Assembly (NCBI RefSeq): GCF_024521635.1
Contig: NW_026250412.1
Span: forward strand, 434,001-498,000
From: Tricharina praecox
Taxonomy: Eukaryota
Length of the DNA: 64,000 nucleotides
Direction: 5' to 3'
The notes beneath the pieces were generated by a model. That model worked only from the letters and a program-made list of their open reading frames with translations. It did not search any database and was not told the DNA's origin. The position numbers were made by a program, and so were the translations under genes. Of the stretch, positions 62,504 through 64,000 are shown in pieces (position 1 is the first letter of the stretch; the number at the start of each line of letters is the position of its first letter).

Positions 62504-63587
62504 GGTTTCGGAATCTTGTGCTCTCTCTTGCCGACGAGGAAGGGGAGGAGAGCTTCTCTAGCGAACAAAGAGCTTGTGAGGGGGCGGTAAGAGTTCGTGG
62601 ATCTGTCGTTGGGGAAAGCAGCTCCACTGAGGGGTTCCGAGGTTCTGGGCGAGAGGAAGGGTAGGAGGGGGTCGTAAAAGGATACGGGATGGGATTATCG
62701 TTACAGGAGCAGGCAGACAAGGTGAGTAAGGAATAGGACACTAGTAGTGTAGAGTAGAGTGCTCCAGCCAATTAGAGTAGGTCACAAGCAGATCTCCGTT
62801 GAGTTGACGCCAAGATTATTCTGAGAGCCGCTGGGATGAAACGGAGGAACCCAGTAATAGAGAGAGGAATGAGATATTCTATATATCATGTATGATATCA
62901 ATATTTCATGATTGATTGATCAACCTAAAGCGATTCTAGAGTTCTCTGAAGCGTTCCAAACGTGGAGAACACGCGGAGAGGATAATGTTTCTATTTAGGT
63001 TCTGGCCATTGCATTGTTCTCACCTGATACTATGGATCAGCCGCTCGCTGGCATGGCCGCGGAAACGTATCGATTTCAGCCCGCGAATCCACGGCCATTT
63101 AAGTGAAACGGCGAATGACGTTTACAACCCATTCCGCATCTCCCCCATACGTGTTAGAGTCCACTCAAAAATACGAATTGGATCAATTGATATCAAACAG
63201 CGGAAGAGAGTACCGAGTCGGCGATACCCAGTGGCCAATGGCCATCTTGCCAGTGGGGACCGCTGAGAATGTCTTGGGCCGACGAGTTCCGATCATTTCA
63301 AGAGCACAGCAGTTTCAGATGCTATCCACACGTTTGTATCTAACAGTTCAAGCTAATTGACATAGCGAAACGGTAGAAGCCCAGCCCACTTCTCCATTAT
63401 TTTTTGTTGCTAAGAACAAAAAGAAAAGCCCTTCATCGCCCATCATCATTAACGCTACACTTAAAGGCCGTATTACATCCTAATGTAGTTCTCCACACCC
63501 ATTTTCCTATGAAACTCCCCAAATTCCGCTCGCTCACTCGCGATTCTATGCGAAGGGTTGATCCGCCGCGCAAAGGATTTTCATGCT

Positions 63588-64000
63588 TTAAGCAGTCAAG
63601 ACACGAAGCCTATGTTAATCTATCAGTTCATCTGGAAATCAAAAGCAGCGCGGACGCTTATATCCCTTCATACTGCCAGCCAGCCAAACAGGCGGGGCAC
63701 GGAAGAGTAGTCGTCTGAGGGATTTGAAACTTACGTGTTGGTGTGGCCCAAACCACCTCTCCAGCCCTGGACGGCAATGACAGTGCTGCCGCCCTCCAAG
63801 ATACCCAGACCCTTAGCTTTGTCCATGCCCCACTTCAACCGCTTGTCAACATCCTCCTGCCAGATAACATTGTTGAAATCGGGCTTCTGCTCGGGGTAGT
63901 GGAAGGGGTACACGCCACGCGACAAGTGCGAGTAGCGGGCAGCAGCGGCGTTGCGAGTGACCATAATGATCGGGCAGGTCGGGCTGTACTTGGAGATAAG
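63588..64000 (-). CDS. PYK1: Pyruvate kinase, 3' part (runs off the window end); last intron ~63734-63610
   Basis: [31 protein letters not shown]...[12 protein letters not shown]...[19 protein letters not shown]. Confidence 0.93.

Noticed and set aside
63540-63600. Cryptic PTS1 through stop-codon readthrough in pyruvate kinase (also checked GND1, MET6 and XKS1)
   Set aside because: These stops are TAA rather than the TGA-CTA readthrough context, and the pyruvate kinase and GND1 extensions do not end in an SKL-like tripeptide.

Overview
Eukaryotic, intron-rich fungal DNA (filamentous ascomycete, Pezizomycotina; short GT-AG introns with CTRAC/CTAAT branch sites). The window is a gene-dense core region with about 24 protein-coding genes: PAC1/nudF, VMA11, CCT5, POB3, a secreted cysteine-rich repeat protein, a cytochrome b561-domain protein, an MHP1/GIP3-like LRR protein, MOG1, GND1, MPC1, an INSIG-family gene, LEU5, CIA2, SQT1, RPC37, a PRPP synthetase, SEC13, ARP3, XKS1, PEP3/VPS18, MET6, a peroxiredoxin-like gene, a DUF2985-like gene, SEC1 and the 3' end of pyruvate kinase. 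I saw no rRNA, tRNA or CRISPR arrays. Most notable: (1) an unidentified ~120-nt non-coding element present twice (16.1 kb and 39.4 kb), whose differences preserve minus-strand helices; (2) the second copy lies inside a 336-bp TA-flanked inverted-repeat (MITE-like) unit; (3) GND1 has two in-frame 3' splice sites giving a 5-nt microexon or a 53-nt exon with a PTS2-like N-terminal insert; (4) the secreted protein appears to have grown by duplication of a symmetric exon. All gene models were spliced by eye and family names are recognised from memory, not from database searches.
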